Assembly (NCBI GenBank): GCA_036172245.1
Contig: JAYWIR010000040.1
Span: 1,426,001 to 1,490,000, forward strand
Direction of reading: 5' to 3'
Origin: Raillietiella orientalis
Lineage: Eukaryota
Length of the DNA stretch: 64,000 nucleotides
Shown: one piece after another, positions 48,501 to 60,800 of the stretch
Layout: each line of letters begins with the position of its first letter
How positions within the stretch are numbered: the first letter of the stretch is position 1
Position numbers and translations under genes: made by a program
Notes under the pieces: generated by a model
Database searches by the model: none
Seen by the model: only the letters and a program-made list of their open reading frames with translations
What the model was told of the DNA's origin: nothing

Positions 48501-51500
48501 ACGCCGGAGGCAAACTTTCTCCTCATGCTGCTGCTGAAGACGACGACCGTAACTTGGGCTCTGAATCAGTAAGTTTCCAGCGGGCTTTTGCTCTTCTTGG
48601 GGCTCTTCTTCCTTTGGGCCGTGGGCTCTCGATGTTCCTGCTGAGCTGTGCGAATTTTCCCAAGGAAGAGCCCGTCATGAAATCTCTGGAATGCTCATCT
48701 GATGGTGGTTCGAGGATTCATCCTGGCGTAGCCTTCCCTTGGTGACGTAACCTTCCCCGACCCAGGTGCCCTTCGATCACGGGGAGTCACGAGTGATGAG
48801 GGCTGGAGACGATTTTTTCTACCTCGCATGCTGGATCGTGACCTCGGACTCTCCCCTTTTCTCGAGTGCCCACCTCCCCCCTCACTCTGTATCAAGCCTT
48901 TCTTCCCGACGTCTGGATGCCCCTGATGCCCTCTCCAGGTCCACCGAATTTCCTTCTGACGGGATATCCTAGTCCCCCGGATCCCCGTCCGCTGGCGTTG
49001 AACGCAGTCTCCCCCTTCCCTGCCCCTCCCGCAGGGCTTCCTGGAAGGACCCCTGCGCCTCCTGACCCGGTGACGCTCACAGCCCAAAGCGAGCGGGAGC
49101 TGTCGCGATGCAGGAAGCAGCTGGTCCCGCTTGCTGGCTGGGAGGGGATGGCTGGGAGTCCCGCAAGGTGCGGGCGTGAGGCTACGAAGGGAGGGCAGGA
49201 ACCCGAACGCTTTGGCTTTCCGGCAGGGGAAACTTCCGTGATCCCTCCGTCGGGCCCAGTGCCAAGGGAGCGGACGAGATGGGGAGGATGTCGGACTGGT
49301 TTTCGTGCTCTCGAAGCGCGGGCGAGGTCATCCCGGAGCGCTGGCGAGGAACGACGACAACCATGACGTTGGGAAAGAAGGAAGAAGGGTGGGGGGGCAG
49401 ACTGCGAAGCGATACCGAAGGAGATTTTCTTCCTGGAGACGGAAAGCCCCCGGGTCAAGGGAGCAGCCACCAATGGTCATCGCTCGGTTTCCCTTTCGGC
49501 GGAGCTAGAGAGCGCGGGCAGGAGGGCGGGATGCTCCTCGCGAGCATCCCGCCCTCCTGCGGGGAAAGCAGTCCCGGAGCCACGTCAGGAAGGAGGGGAT
49601 GAGCGGGAGAACGGTCGATCCCATGGGCGGCATCCCAGTTTGGGCGGAAAAGAGAACGAGGCGCCATCCCCCCTCGACCAGTCCCTGTTCGAGGTGCTAC
49701 TCGCTGCCTCGAACGCTCTCCACGCGTGCTTTGAAGCGGCGGGAAAAAGAAGGGAAGAAAGAGGAGGGGGGAAGGGGGTAGTGGCTTTCCTCCTCCGCCT
49801 ACACTCCCGCCTGCCAGCGCCGCTGCCCTGGAAGATCGAGGAGATCCCAAATTCACCAAAAGGTCGTCCTCCAGGGATGGATGAGAAGAGAGGTGAGGAA
49901 GAAGGAGGACGGGAAGACGGGAGAGCTCCAGCTCTGCCCCGGAGCGGCGATCTGAAGCAGCACGGGGGATGGGCGAACGAAGGGGAGTCGACGAAGAGTC
50001 CCGGTGTCTTGCCTGGAATGAGGGGGGGGAAGAACTCGTTTCGACCGGGACTCCTATGCGCTCTTCCACAGATCCTCCCTTCTCCCTCCCCACCCCCTCT
50101 CCCTCCGGTAGGCGGCGGGACTCCTGCCGCAGGCGTGTAGCCCTTCAGACCGTTCCCTTGCCTCCATCTTTTGGCTCCCGACTCCCCCTTGGAGGAGACC
50201 CCGAAGGGGAACGGAGGAACCCCTGAAGAGGGGTCGACCTCTTCAGAGATGGTCCCTTACTCCCCCATAGGTTTCCCAGATCCTCCTCCCCTTCCAGGTA
50301 GTTCCTCGCTTCTGGAGAGCGAAAATGGACCGCCCGAAGGGGGCTGGTCGCCAGCCGGCCCTTTGAGGCGGGTCCGAGCGCGGGAACTTCCGTTGCCAGG
50401 AGACGCTCCGAATCTCCTGCTCCCCTCTTTCCCTCCCCATGCACGCCCCTCGCTTCCCGAGGGTCCCTGCGGTCTTTCCTCATCCGCCTACCGATGCTCT
50501 CCTTCCCTCCTCCCTACCGGAAGGAGTGTGCAGGGAGAGAGTGTGACCCAGGCGCGCGGAGAAGGGTGGGAATGGGGGTAGGTGAGCTCCCCTCCCTCGG
50601 GGCTGAGAGCTCGCTCGCCAGGTCGCCCTCGGCGACGGGGAAAGGGAAGCGGCGTCGGTTTGCAGGGGGGAGACGGTAACTCCCTTGTTACAATGTAATA
50701 CACAGCACGCGGCGGGTTCAGGCTCCGCCCACTCAAGCGCTTCCTCTTTCTTCTGCTTTTCGTTCCAACCGGAAGCGCCTCGCCGCCAAAGGCTGGCAGA
50801 AAGGAGGACGCCGCCACCTCCTCTTCCCGCTCCGAGAAAACGGGGAGATTTTCGGGGATGCAGGAGGAGGAGGAAGGACGGCGCCCTTTTCCGGACAAGA
50901 GCCCCTACTAAGACCCGCATTCAGCAAAGCTGCCTGCGGCGCCGAGCCAGCGCTCCCTTCCGCTTACCGTCTCGCCACTCTTCCGCTCGCGCGCGCTCTG
51001 GCGCCTCATAGAAGTGAGGAGAAGGGAGGGGGGGGGAGAAGGAAGGGAAACCCGCAGCCGCCCAACGCGCGGTCGCGCGCCGCCTCGCTTCCGTTTCCCC
51101 TTTCTTCTCTCCCCACATCCCAGGTGTGCGCGCGGAACGGGGACAACGCGCCCCCTATCGACGCGCGGGACGGCGCGTGCTCCCTTCCTCCTCCCCCTCC
51201 AGCCCCGCCCCTCGCGACGACACGCCACACTTTGTTTCTCCGGTGCTGCCGCCCTGCCGGCGGTCAAAAAGAGCATGGAGGAGGCCGCCCGAAAGGCGAT
51301 CGCGCGCGCTTTGGAGCTGCTGCGTTTTCCTTTTCCGGCCGCCGTTGTCGCCGCATGCGCTGCTGAGCTTTGCAGAACGGCCGTCAGATGACACCGCTTC
51401 GCGAGATGGAAGGCTCCGCCGCCGCCGCTGCCGCCGCCTCCCTTGCCTGCGCGAGCGGGAAGGAACGCCAGGAAAGAGGGGAAAAGCTCCGCTCTCCTCC

Positions 51501-54500
51501 ATCTCGGCAGATTCAGAGGCGAGCCTTCCGTCCTCCTGGAGCCCGACCTCGGAGGGAGTCTCGCAGCGACTGGCCAGCCCAGGATGGAGGAACGACAAAA
51601 AGGGTCGGGGACCGAACCGAAGCGCCCGTGGGTCGCTGGGAGAGTCGGACAGGGGCTCGGGGCCCAGGTGGGATGCTCGTTCCCCAAGTCCGGAAGGCGG
51701 TGTCCTCCCGGATGAAACTTGGCGGGGGAAAAGGGAGAGCGGCCCCGTGTCCTGCAAGGGAGAGAGGGGAGGAGGAAGGCCCATCCCCATCCCGAGGCGG
51801 GAGCTCCACTGCGGTCAAGACCGCAGCGGCAGCGTTCGTATCTGCCGACCTCCGAGGTGCGGGAGATCCCGCAGGAAGGCGGTGGAGGGGGGAGAGAGAG
51901 CAGTGGCATCGTATTCCACCCTTGTCCCCAGCGGTCGACGGGATCCGAAGGGATGGCGGGAGGGAACGGCGCGAGCACGGAGCCGCCACGGTCTCCGCTC
52001 TCCCCGGGATTCATGGGGCTCACCTTGGGGAACTGTTGGGGGGTACTCTCGCCCGCGCGACAGCAGCACCGGCAAGGTCGAAATCCCAGAACGGCCCTTC
52101 TCACTCGAGTGGCCCCCTCTTCCCGCCGCGATGGATTTAGCCGCCCCCGGGGCTATAACTCGCCAGGAAGGGAGCGGCGGTGCAGTGCGTACGTAAAAGG
52201 ACCGAGGCGAGCGGTTCTTGCAAGCGCAGCAGCGGCGCGGCGGCGGCGGCTGCTGCTGCGGTGCGTGGGAAAGTCCGTGACGTCACTCCCTCCGCGTCCG
52301 CTGCCGCCGACCGTCCCGCGTTTCCGCAGTGGGGGGGGGGGGGGGGGGGGACGCGCAGCGGCGGACCTTCGCGCTCCCTTCCACTCCCTCACTGGGATGG
52401 AATCGCTGGCGCCTCGCTCGGAGGAGGCTCTCCCCTGCGGACCTCCCTCGGGAAGCGGGGAAAGCCGCGCTCCGCTCCATTCCGTTCGACCTCGCGGCTA
52501 AGCCGCAGCAGGCTGGGACCGCTAGGGGCGCTGCGGCGGCGTTTTTCCCGCCAAATCACTTCCGTCGGGTCGTTCGTCTCGGAGCTCATTGGGAGGCCGA
52601 GCGCGCTCGCTTTCCTCCCCCTCTCCTCCCTTCGCCCCCCGAAGGGAAGCAAGCCTTCGGGATGGGCGACGCGGATTCCTGCAAAGTGCCCTCAGGGAAG
52701 GACGCTCGGAACCGCCCGGAACGGACCTCTCCGACGGGTACAAAAAAAAAAAGGAAAGAAAAGAAAAAAAAAAATCTTTTAACAGCCCTGGGCTGCCCTC
52801 GAAGACCGCATGGAGTCCTGGAGGCACCAGTCGCTTCTACGAGGCCCTTAGCCCCCTCCCCTCGTCCCAGTCTCCTCCGGCCCTCGGAGTGCTCGGCCAT
52901 GACGGGTCCAGGGATCTCTTCCTCCCCGCCGCGGAGGCTTTCTCCCCGTCTTCCCCTTGACCCGCACCTACGCCCTCTGTGTCCTGCCGGTCTCTTCTCC
53001 GGGAACAGCCTTGCCCGCGGGCGAAACTCCCATGGGGCGAGGCGTGAGAGAGGCCGTGGATGGGGAGGGGAGGGAGGGTGCGCCTCCTGGAGCTACTCGC
53101 CCTCTTCCTTCTCCCCATTCCGCTTGCCCAGGGTGGATTACGGCTCCATCCCCCGTCTCTCCCGGAGAGGATGAGGTCCGCGGGAGGTCTTCCACGCAGA
53201 GGGAGGGACATGGCCCCCGGGAGGGGGAGGAAAGGATGCAGCTGCGGATGCTACGCGACGAAGGATCGGTCGCCCGCGGCGACTCGCGCGGGAAGGCACG
53301 ACGCGGCGCCCCTCCGCCTGCTTGCCCTCCGGGGCAGACGGGGAAAGGGAGGGACACATGCCCCCCCTTCCTCCACTCTAGGGAGAGGGACCAGCTTTGC
53401 CCTTTGGCTCGGAATGGATGGACGAGTCTTCCTAGCACGCCCCTCCCTCCCCCACCCACCCCAAAAAGGGAGGCCTTTGGGCATCCGGAGCACTGGGAGA
53501 TCCCAGGGACATCCCCGAGCCCCTTCCGGTCTCCGGGAAGGAGGGGAATTTTTCCCTCCAGACCTCTCCCGCCTCGCGTCCCCCCCTCTTCTGGTGCTTC
53601 TGCTGCCACTCGGAGAATGTCACGAGGGAAATCCGGGAGCGGGAGGCTCCCCCCCTTCCCGGAGGAAGCGCTCCTGCGAGCTCGGGGACGCAGGGGAAAA
53701 CCCCTCGCGCGCATGCGCGCGAGGGAACGGCGCCGCGGCGACCTTGGGACGACCTTGTTTTCACCTCTTCCCCCGGCAGGTTCGTCCCTCACTTCGCCCT
53801 CGGCCTGGAAGAGGGGAGGAGGGGGAGGGGCAGCCTCTCCCCCGCTCCCGATGCAGCAGCAGCGCGCCCCCCGGCGCCTGGCCTTGCTTCCGGGGACCAC
53901 GCTGGGCCCCCCGGAGATCCTGCCGGAAGGCGTCTTCCTCTCACATGACCCGTCCGCGACCACTTTCCTCCCAGCCTTCTCCCCCGTCCCGGACCCCGCG
54001 GAGGAGGAGGGTTGTTGGGAAAGCGAGGGGACGTGGTGACCTCCAGACGGGTAGGGAGACGGGGGGGTCAGAAAGCCCGCGGCGTCTTTCGGGGGAGGAG
54101 GTGCCGGGGACGAACGTAAGGCGCGACGCCCACCGACCCGCCCTCGCAGCCCTTTTTGTCTCCTCCCCCGCGTGCGCTTCCTCCCGCCAAAGTGGAGCAC
54201 GCGTGCCGCAGTTTGCGGGGGGTCCTCCCCCTTCCCGCGCCTCCCATCGAGCTTCTGCTGCCCGCCGCGCGGCGGCAACAGCTGCCGCGGTAGCCAAAAA
54301 AAAAAAAAAACATCTCTGGATGTCTCGGCGAGGAGGGGGAGGGGAAGTAGGGGGTAGCCACAAGTCCCTCGCCGTCAGACTCCCTCCAGACATGGGGTCA
54401 CCCTCAAGGGTGTGTGAGGGTCGGTGGAGTGTTCAGGGAGGTTCCAGCGCGAACCTACGGAGCCACGGGGTGGGGTGGGGGCATCAAGAGGAGACCCCCG

Positions 54501-55864
54501 TCTATCGTCCTGCATAGCCGGAGGCCCCAAGTCGCCTCCACTATCGCCCTCCTTTGAGAACGGAAGGAAGAAGGAGACCCCCTTCTCCCCTCCCCTCAGT
54601 CGTGCATCCGGCGCGTCCTCCTCCTTCGCCCCCCGCCTTTTCTGCGTGACCTGAGGCAGCCCGGACATTGTGGTCCTCGTCGGCGGCCGCCGCCGGCGCG
54701 CGCGCTCGCGCTTGGCTGCGCTCGAAAGGGCGGGCGGGTCAAGTGGAACCGCGGGCGAGGGGGCGGAAGCGGAAAGGGGTGGGAGGCCAGGCCAGGCCAG
54801 GCGAAGCGAAGGGCCTCTCTTCCTCCTCATCGCGCCTCCGTCTCCCGGGGTGACGGCCGGGGATGGCGGGACGGTCGGGGTGGCGGCCAACCGCACTCCG
54901 CGAGTTTCCATGAGACGGGCTGCGCGCGAGAGGCGGCGGAGGCACAGGGAAGCGTGCCGGCGTCGCAGCCGGGCCTCCGGGTCGGTTAAGGAGGCACTCC
55001 CCCTCCTCCTCTCAACCTTTCCTTTCTGCCCGTTTCCATGGAAACGTCTTACGCGGGTCGCCCCCCCGGAAACGCTGCCGCTCGGCGGCCGGCCCCGGCA
55101 GCACGCGCCCCCCTGCCGGGAGCGGCCCAGCGGCGGGAGGGCTCGAGGCGCTGGCGTGAGAAGCGGCGGGGGAGGAGGAGGAGGAGGAGGAGGAGGGGGA
55201 GGGGCGAGGCGGCGATGACCCGGAACGCCTCCGCAGCTGCTGCGTCGCGCGTTCAAGGCCGCAGGGACCGCGGTTCCACCTCCCGCAGGAAGGAGGGACG
55301 ACGGTGGGCGAGGATGGAGGCGCAGCCCCCTAGCGCCGCCGCCCGTCAACGGGAGGCACTCTGTGCAGGCTCCGCCCCAGGGCGTGGTCTGCTCTCTCTC
55401 CGGGCCTCCGGGACCGGGGCCTCCTTCCCATTCCCCCTCCGCCCTTCCACACCGGGTTCCGCTCCGACTGATCCCCCTCCCGCCTTCGCGGGCTTTCCCC
55501 CAGCAGAGCGTCTCCCGGAGGAACGAGAGGGAATCGGGAGCGGAGGCTTCCCGTAAGGAACTTCGGGGATCTCAGGGGCGGAGGAAGGATTCCAAGGAAC
55601 CCTCCCCGGGAACTGCCGCATCGCCCAACGCCTCGCTCCGCCGAACGTGGACGGGCCGCGGAGGCGCGCCCGGTCTCCACGGAGACCGGAAGCCTCGCGC
55701 CGCCGTGAGGACCGCCGCGTTCGCGCGCTGGAAGCGGGAGGTCGGGCTGTCTCCCTCCTCCCCTTTTCCCCCCGCGCAGACGCGCGCTCCCCTCTGAGCG
55801 AGGAGGAGGAGGAAGAGGAGTGCGAACGTGCGAAACCCAAGGTCGTTTCTGGGGCGCGGGAAGC

Positions 55865-55965
55865 GGCGCCGGAAGTGTCCGCCCCTCCGCCTTCCTGCCG
55901 GAAGCAGGGCCTCTGCGCTCCCAGTGTTGGCAGGAGCGCACCGGAAGTAAGGTGGCGCGGAAGCA
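55865..55965 (+). promoter_or_regulatory. Cluster of ETS-type motifs with a GC box in CpG-rich DNA
   Basis: CCGGAAGT at 55869 and 55941, CCGGAAGC at 55898, GCGGAAGC at about 55957, TCCGCCCC at about 55878. No associated gene was identified. Confidence 0.3.
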
Positions 55966-56060
55966 GCTCCACTCCCTCCCGTGCCGAAGAACCGAAGCTC
56001 CCGATGGAGGTGGGGGAAGGAGCTGCCTCCCTCTATCCCCCCTTCCCCCGCCCCCGTCCA

Positions 56061-56095
<35 letters not shown>
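56061..56095. repeat. (GCAC)n microsatellite, about 8-9 units
   Basis: Directly visible. Confidence 0.97.
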
Positions 56096-56096
<1 letters not shown>

Positions 56097-59000
56097 GGAA
56101 GGTTCGCACCTTTCCAGCGGTCGACCACTGGCCCCGAGGCGAGTTTCCCTTTTCAGCAGCAGCACATCCGTGCTCCAAAGAGACGGACGACGGACGGGCT
56201 TGTGGAATGCGCGCGCGCAAGAACTGGCAGCGGCACTTGAAGGAGGGGGGAGGGGAGGGGAGGGGTAGCCGAAATCATTTCGCGGCGTGGCGCCCCGCCA
56301 ACGCTGGGGAAGTAATGGCGACGCTCTTTCTACCCCTTCTCACTTGAAAAGAGAAAAAGGAAAGAAAGGAGGAAGATGCACATCTCTGGAGCGCCCGCAA
56401 AACGCATGCGCACAGACTGAAATTCAGTTCGCCACGAAGGCGCGAGATGGTGCTGGCTGACGCCGCGTCGCGCTAGCGTCACGCCGCCGGTAAACGACGT
56501 ACGCGCGCGGCTGACTCCTGGAGGACTCGTTGCTGCTGCCGGAAGGGGGAAGAGGGCGGTGACGTTTCGCCGAAAACGAATGGCGGGAACACGGCTTGCG
56601 CGCTCAGCACGCGACAACGCGAGACATGGAGGATGGGGGAGGAGAGGGTAACACTTGGCGCGCATCCTTCCACCGTGCTGGGGAGGACGGGGGAGGCGTT
56701 CAGCTGGAGAAGAGAGCCGGCGGCATGTAAGACTTCCGCGGGGTTGGAGCAGACCCCTCGCAAGGTCAAGCGCAGTACCACCCGGGAAAACTGGTAGGTA
56801 GCGCGCTCCTATGCAGCGGGCAGGCAGCCGCTCGCGGTCGGCGGGTCTCCCGACTCTTCCTTGACCCCGCGGCGCAGGTGCTTCTTCCTCACACCGGGTC
56901 GTGCGCCACGCGCACGTAAACACGGTGCCCCCTCTGGAAGGGAAGGGGGAAGGGAGCGTCCGTCTGTCTTTCGTCACCGAGGACGCCTCCTCCTCTTCGG
57001 GAGAGCAGCTGGCGTTCGGGTCGCGCCGCCGGGCGCTTCGAGGAAAGGGACGGAATCTGCGATGACGCTCGTGGCAGCTGCCGCAGGGCAGGCGCTCCGT
57101 GCCGTCCCTGGAGGAGCTACGGGCGGCGCCGGAGCCTTCGTAGGCCCCCGGGGGATGCCCTTCCAGTCCACCGCCGGAGATGCAGTTCTCCTGGTTCCTC
57201 TCGGTTCGCGGCCCAGCGTGACCTACGCGCCCTTTGGCCCCGTCTCCATCCTACGGCGGGAGACGCCTCCCCGCCCGCCAGCGCGCGTCACGTGGCCCGA
57301 CTGTAGCCGAGGGAGAGCTCCTAGGATCAGAGGACGAGGAGGGGCCGAGCACCCTCGAGCACGCAGCTTTCCCGTGAAAGAAGCCCCCTGCCTCCTGGTC
57401 CAGGACGGGAGCTGGAGGGAACCGACGACTCCGCCCGGACCCGCCTCCTTAGGCGCAGGGTCGCGCGAGGCCCTGCCGCGGACTCAGGAACGCAGGAGGG
57501 TCTCTCCCGGTCGGTCCCAGCGTGGCAGCAGAGAAAGATGCCGGTTCTTCTCTGTCACCCCGAGAGAAGGAGAGGTCCAGGGGAAACCGGGCACTCGCCA
57601 ACTCTTTAAGAGGGTGAGGCTGATGGGGTGGGGGGTACAATACCCGAGACCCGCTCGAAGCAGTCGGACTGCCGGCCCCGGAGGTGTTCCAGGAGACTCC
57701 TCCCGCGCCGGCTGTCCAGAGAGAGACCGACTGTCTCAAGATTCCTAGGGCACGCAAACCTATTCTTCGAACGTCCCCTCCGTCGGCGGTCGGGCAGAGG
57801 CCGAAGGATCGCTCGACCGTAAGTCGGAGGAGCTGAGGTTAGGTCAAGGCCCAGCATGATGGTCCTTCATAGCGCAGTCGCAAGGACATGGACCGCGCCT
57901 ACCCTCCACTTCCCTCTCCTTCAGCCCCAAGAGATTCAGGGGAGGGGCAAGGGTCGCGGACGGGGAGCGGAGGAGGGGGGAGGTGAATAGAGTTATCCAC
58001 TCCTCCATTTGTTGGGATAGGGGACCTCTGACCCCCCTCCCCCCTCAGTATCTCCCCCCTGATGGATGAATCGAGCCGCGGGCGCAACGGGAGCGTCTTT
58101 TCGGAAGGCGGCGCTACGGGAGGGGGGCGTGCGCATTTCGCACTTGGTGACGCAACAAAGATGAGCGACGCGTTCGTCTCGACGCGAGAGAGGAAAAGCT
58201 GCTGACGTCACCGAGGCGGAGCGTGACGAGCCTCCTTTCTCCCTCCTTCCCTCCCGCTGACACCGCAATCCTCTCCCTCGAGCACGCAGCTTTCCTGGGG
58301 AAGAAACCCTTGCCTCCTGGTCCAGAACGGGCGGACGCCGGGGTCCCCTCTCGCCGGAGGGGAGGGTGGCGACTAAGACCTGCTGCGGTCCGGGAAGGAA
58401 ATTGAGGGGGGGGGGGCCGAGGATCTCCACAAGAGGACGAGGTCCTGTCGGGGAAAGAATCCGCGGACGGGGAAAGGTCGCATCCCTCGCGGAGGTCAAC
58501 CTCCGTCGCCACTTCTTCTTACCTTCCAACCGGTAGGAAAAGCTCAGCGCGACCCTTGAATGGTGACGTCATGCCTGGGAGGTGTGAGCTCGCTCGAGAC
58601 GGAGTGCGAACCGTTCTGCCGATTCCCCGTCACTCCCTTCTCCCCCTTTCAGGGGAACAAACAAATGAAACAGACGGACGATTCGGGGGAGAAGGAAAAG
58701 GACCAACACGTCCGCACCTTCTGGTTCCTCCTCAAGCAGCGGGACCCACCTCCCCCTGCACCGAGGCGCAGCATCAGAATCCGGTGGGAAGCCGCGGCAG
58801 CGGCGTGCCCACGCGCCTTCACGGCAGGGAGGAGATCCCGGGATGCTTTGGGCGCGCGGTCCGGGAAGAGAGGGAGGGGGGAAAGAGTAACTCCGGTAGG
58901 CAGTGCTGACCGCTGACCGCGGGAAGGAGCCCGCCGCGGTTTTCCTTGGAGGGGGACGGACGTGGCGGTGTCCCCGCGGGTTCCGCAGGTCGGGCGCGGC

Positions 59001-59779
59001 GGCTGTCCCTCGGAGCGCGGACGGGGCCGTAAAGTGCACCGGCCCTCTTCCCCCCTCAGTGCGCGGCCGGGAGAGGAGGCCCGTCGTCCTAGAGCCCGCT
59101 TCGTCCACAGGAGGGACCGGAACTGCCGAAAAGCAGCGGCTTCAGCAGTCGCTGATCTCCCGCCTCGGGACCGGGCTCTTCAACTTTGGGGAGATCTGGA
59201 CCTGTGCAGCATTCACAAGTTCCGGAAAGGGCAGCTCCTTGTCGTAGGGTTTTTTTTTTTTTGTTTTGCTATGAAACTCGCTTCCAAAGAGGACGAAGGG
59301 TGTGTGTGTTTCCCCAGCCCCCCTTTTTGCTTCAGAATGCAGGCTCTGAGGACGCGGCGTGCCAAGGGAGAGTGCGGTGGGGGTGGAGGGTCAGATCCGT
59401 AACCCGAAACCCCAGTCCAATATCTCTGAAAATCCGATAGCCCCGAAACGGGAACCTTGCTCCAAGGCAAGGCAATGCGCGCGCGCGCGCGCCCGTGTTA
59501 ATTGGAGGAAGAGAGAAGCTTCTGGACTCTTCAGTCCCGTGCGGAAAACAAGAGGCTTTCAGGACCGACACGGCTTACTCGCAGAAACACTCCCGAACCG
59601 TGAGCGGGCGGCGTGGCTTGCTCGACACACAGCGAACACAAACACGGGAGCTGTAAGAAGCAGCTGATATGTATAAATCGTTCCGAGCAAACCAGGAAGA
59701 GAAAAAAACACATATAGTTATGCGCGCACACACACATACAAACCGCCGAAAGTGGGAAAGGTAATAGCAGGAAGGGCTT

Positions 59780-60800
59780 CCTTAAGGTTAAGATGCTGAT
59801 GCAGGGGTGTGAACGTCCTGCCGACGCTTCTTCCCCATCGTGGAAATCAGTCCTGAAATATCTCTCAGCGACCTCTGTCATGAATTCGCTTTACGTCGTC
59901 AAGGACTTGTGGGGGTAACGCTTCCATCAACCGGGGATGGACGTAATCTATCCGATGCTGCTTTGATTCTTGCAGCAGACGAGAGTGAGTCCCAGGGATG
60001 ACCTCGCGGAGCCGGGACTCGGGCTGGAGAAGAAACGTATCCCCCCATTCTTCATAGGACGCGGCCGGCAGCTTATTTTTTCCAACATCTCTCTCCATTG
60101 GATTCTGCTAATAAGCGTGGCCAGTGCCGCGCTGTGATAAGCATCCATTCTAATTATTATTTGAGAGCGAGTCTATATCATTATGGTTACGAGGTTGGGA
60201 TGGGAGAAATTTCGCCCATTTAATCTCCAAATTAATGGGTTCCGGAATATATGGATACACTGATTCAGGTCAGTGAGTACCCTAATTTTATGGAAGTTTC
60301 TTTTTTTTTTTTTTTTCCTTTTTCCTTGTAATGGCAGCGGAGCAGTATCTGCCCACAGAGTGTTGTTTCCTGGATGTCGGCACCCGAGGTTTTCTTTCAC
60401 TGCCCGTGGATTTTCTCCCATCTTTAAGCTGAAGGCAGACTTTATCTTTGGCATCTTCCTCCTGGCTTACTTATCTCGGTGCTTAAAAATAAAATCCATA
60501 GTGCTGTCTTACAGCAATATTAACGCAGTGATGCATCCAAAATTGCAAACAACCAGCCTCGTATCCGAGCGTCTGCATTTTAATGGCATAATGTGTGTTT
60601 TGTATGGGATAACAGACCGGATGTGCATGCGTTATTCGATTTGGATGTCCGCATGAACATATGGGATGAAACCTGTACTGCACTCAAACATGCGTACACG
60701 TGCGAGTGTAGTGTATATGTTGCATCACACATGCATGGTGCAGCATTCCATGGTATCCGTGTCGTGAGCCACACGTACATTCCACGCCACTGTAAAGTAC
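59780..60800 (-). mobile_element. Unclassified decayed element related to 13.8-16.3 kb
   Basis: A TGCA-rich segment (60.5-60.8 kb) precedes a coding remnant, YEEWGDTFLLQ...PGTHSRLLQ...HPRLMEALPPQVLDDVKR, that aligns loosely with the 15.07-15.25 kb remnant. Confidence 0.35.

Noticed and set aside
48866..59470. Many long overlapping ORFs (up to 485 aa) on both strands
   Set aside because: They are low-complexity Arg/Pro/Gly/Ser translations in all frames with no recognisable motifs, as expected from stop-codon scarcity in very GC-rich DNA. The same applies to most ORFs in 0.2-22 kb.
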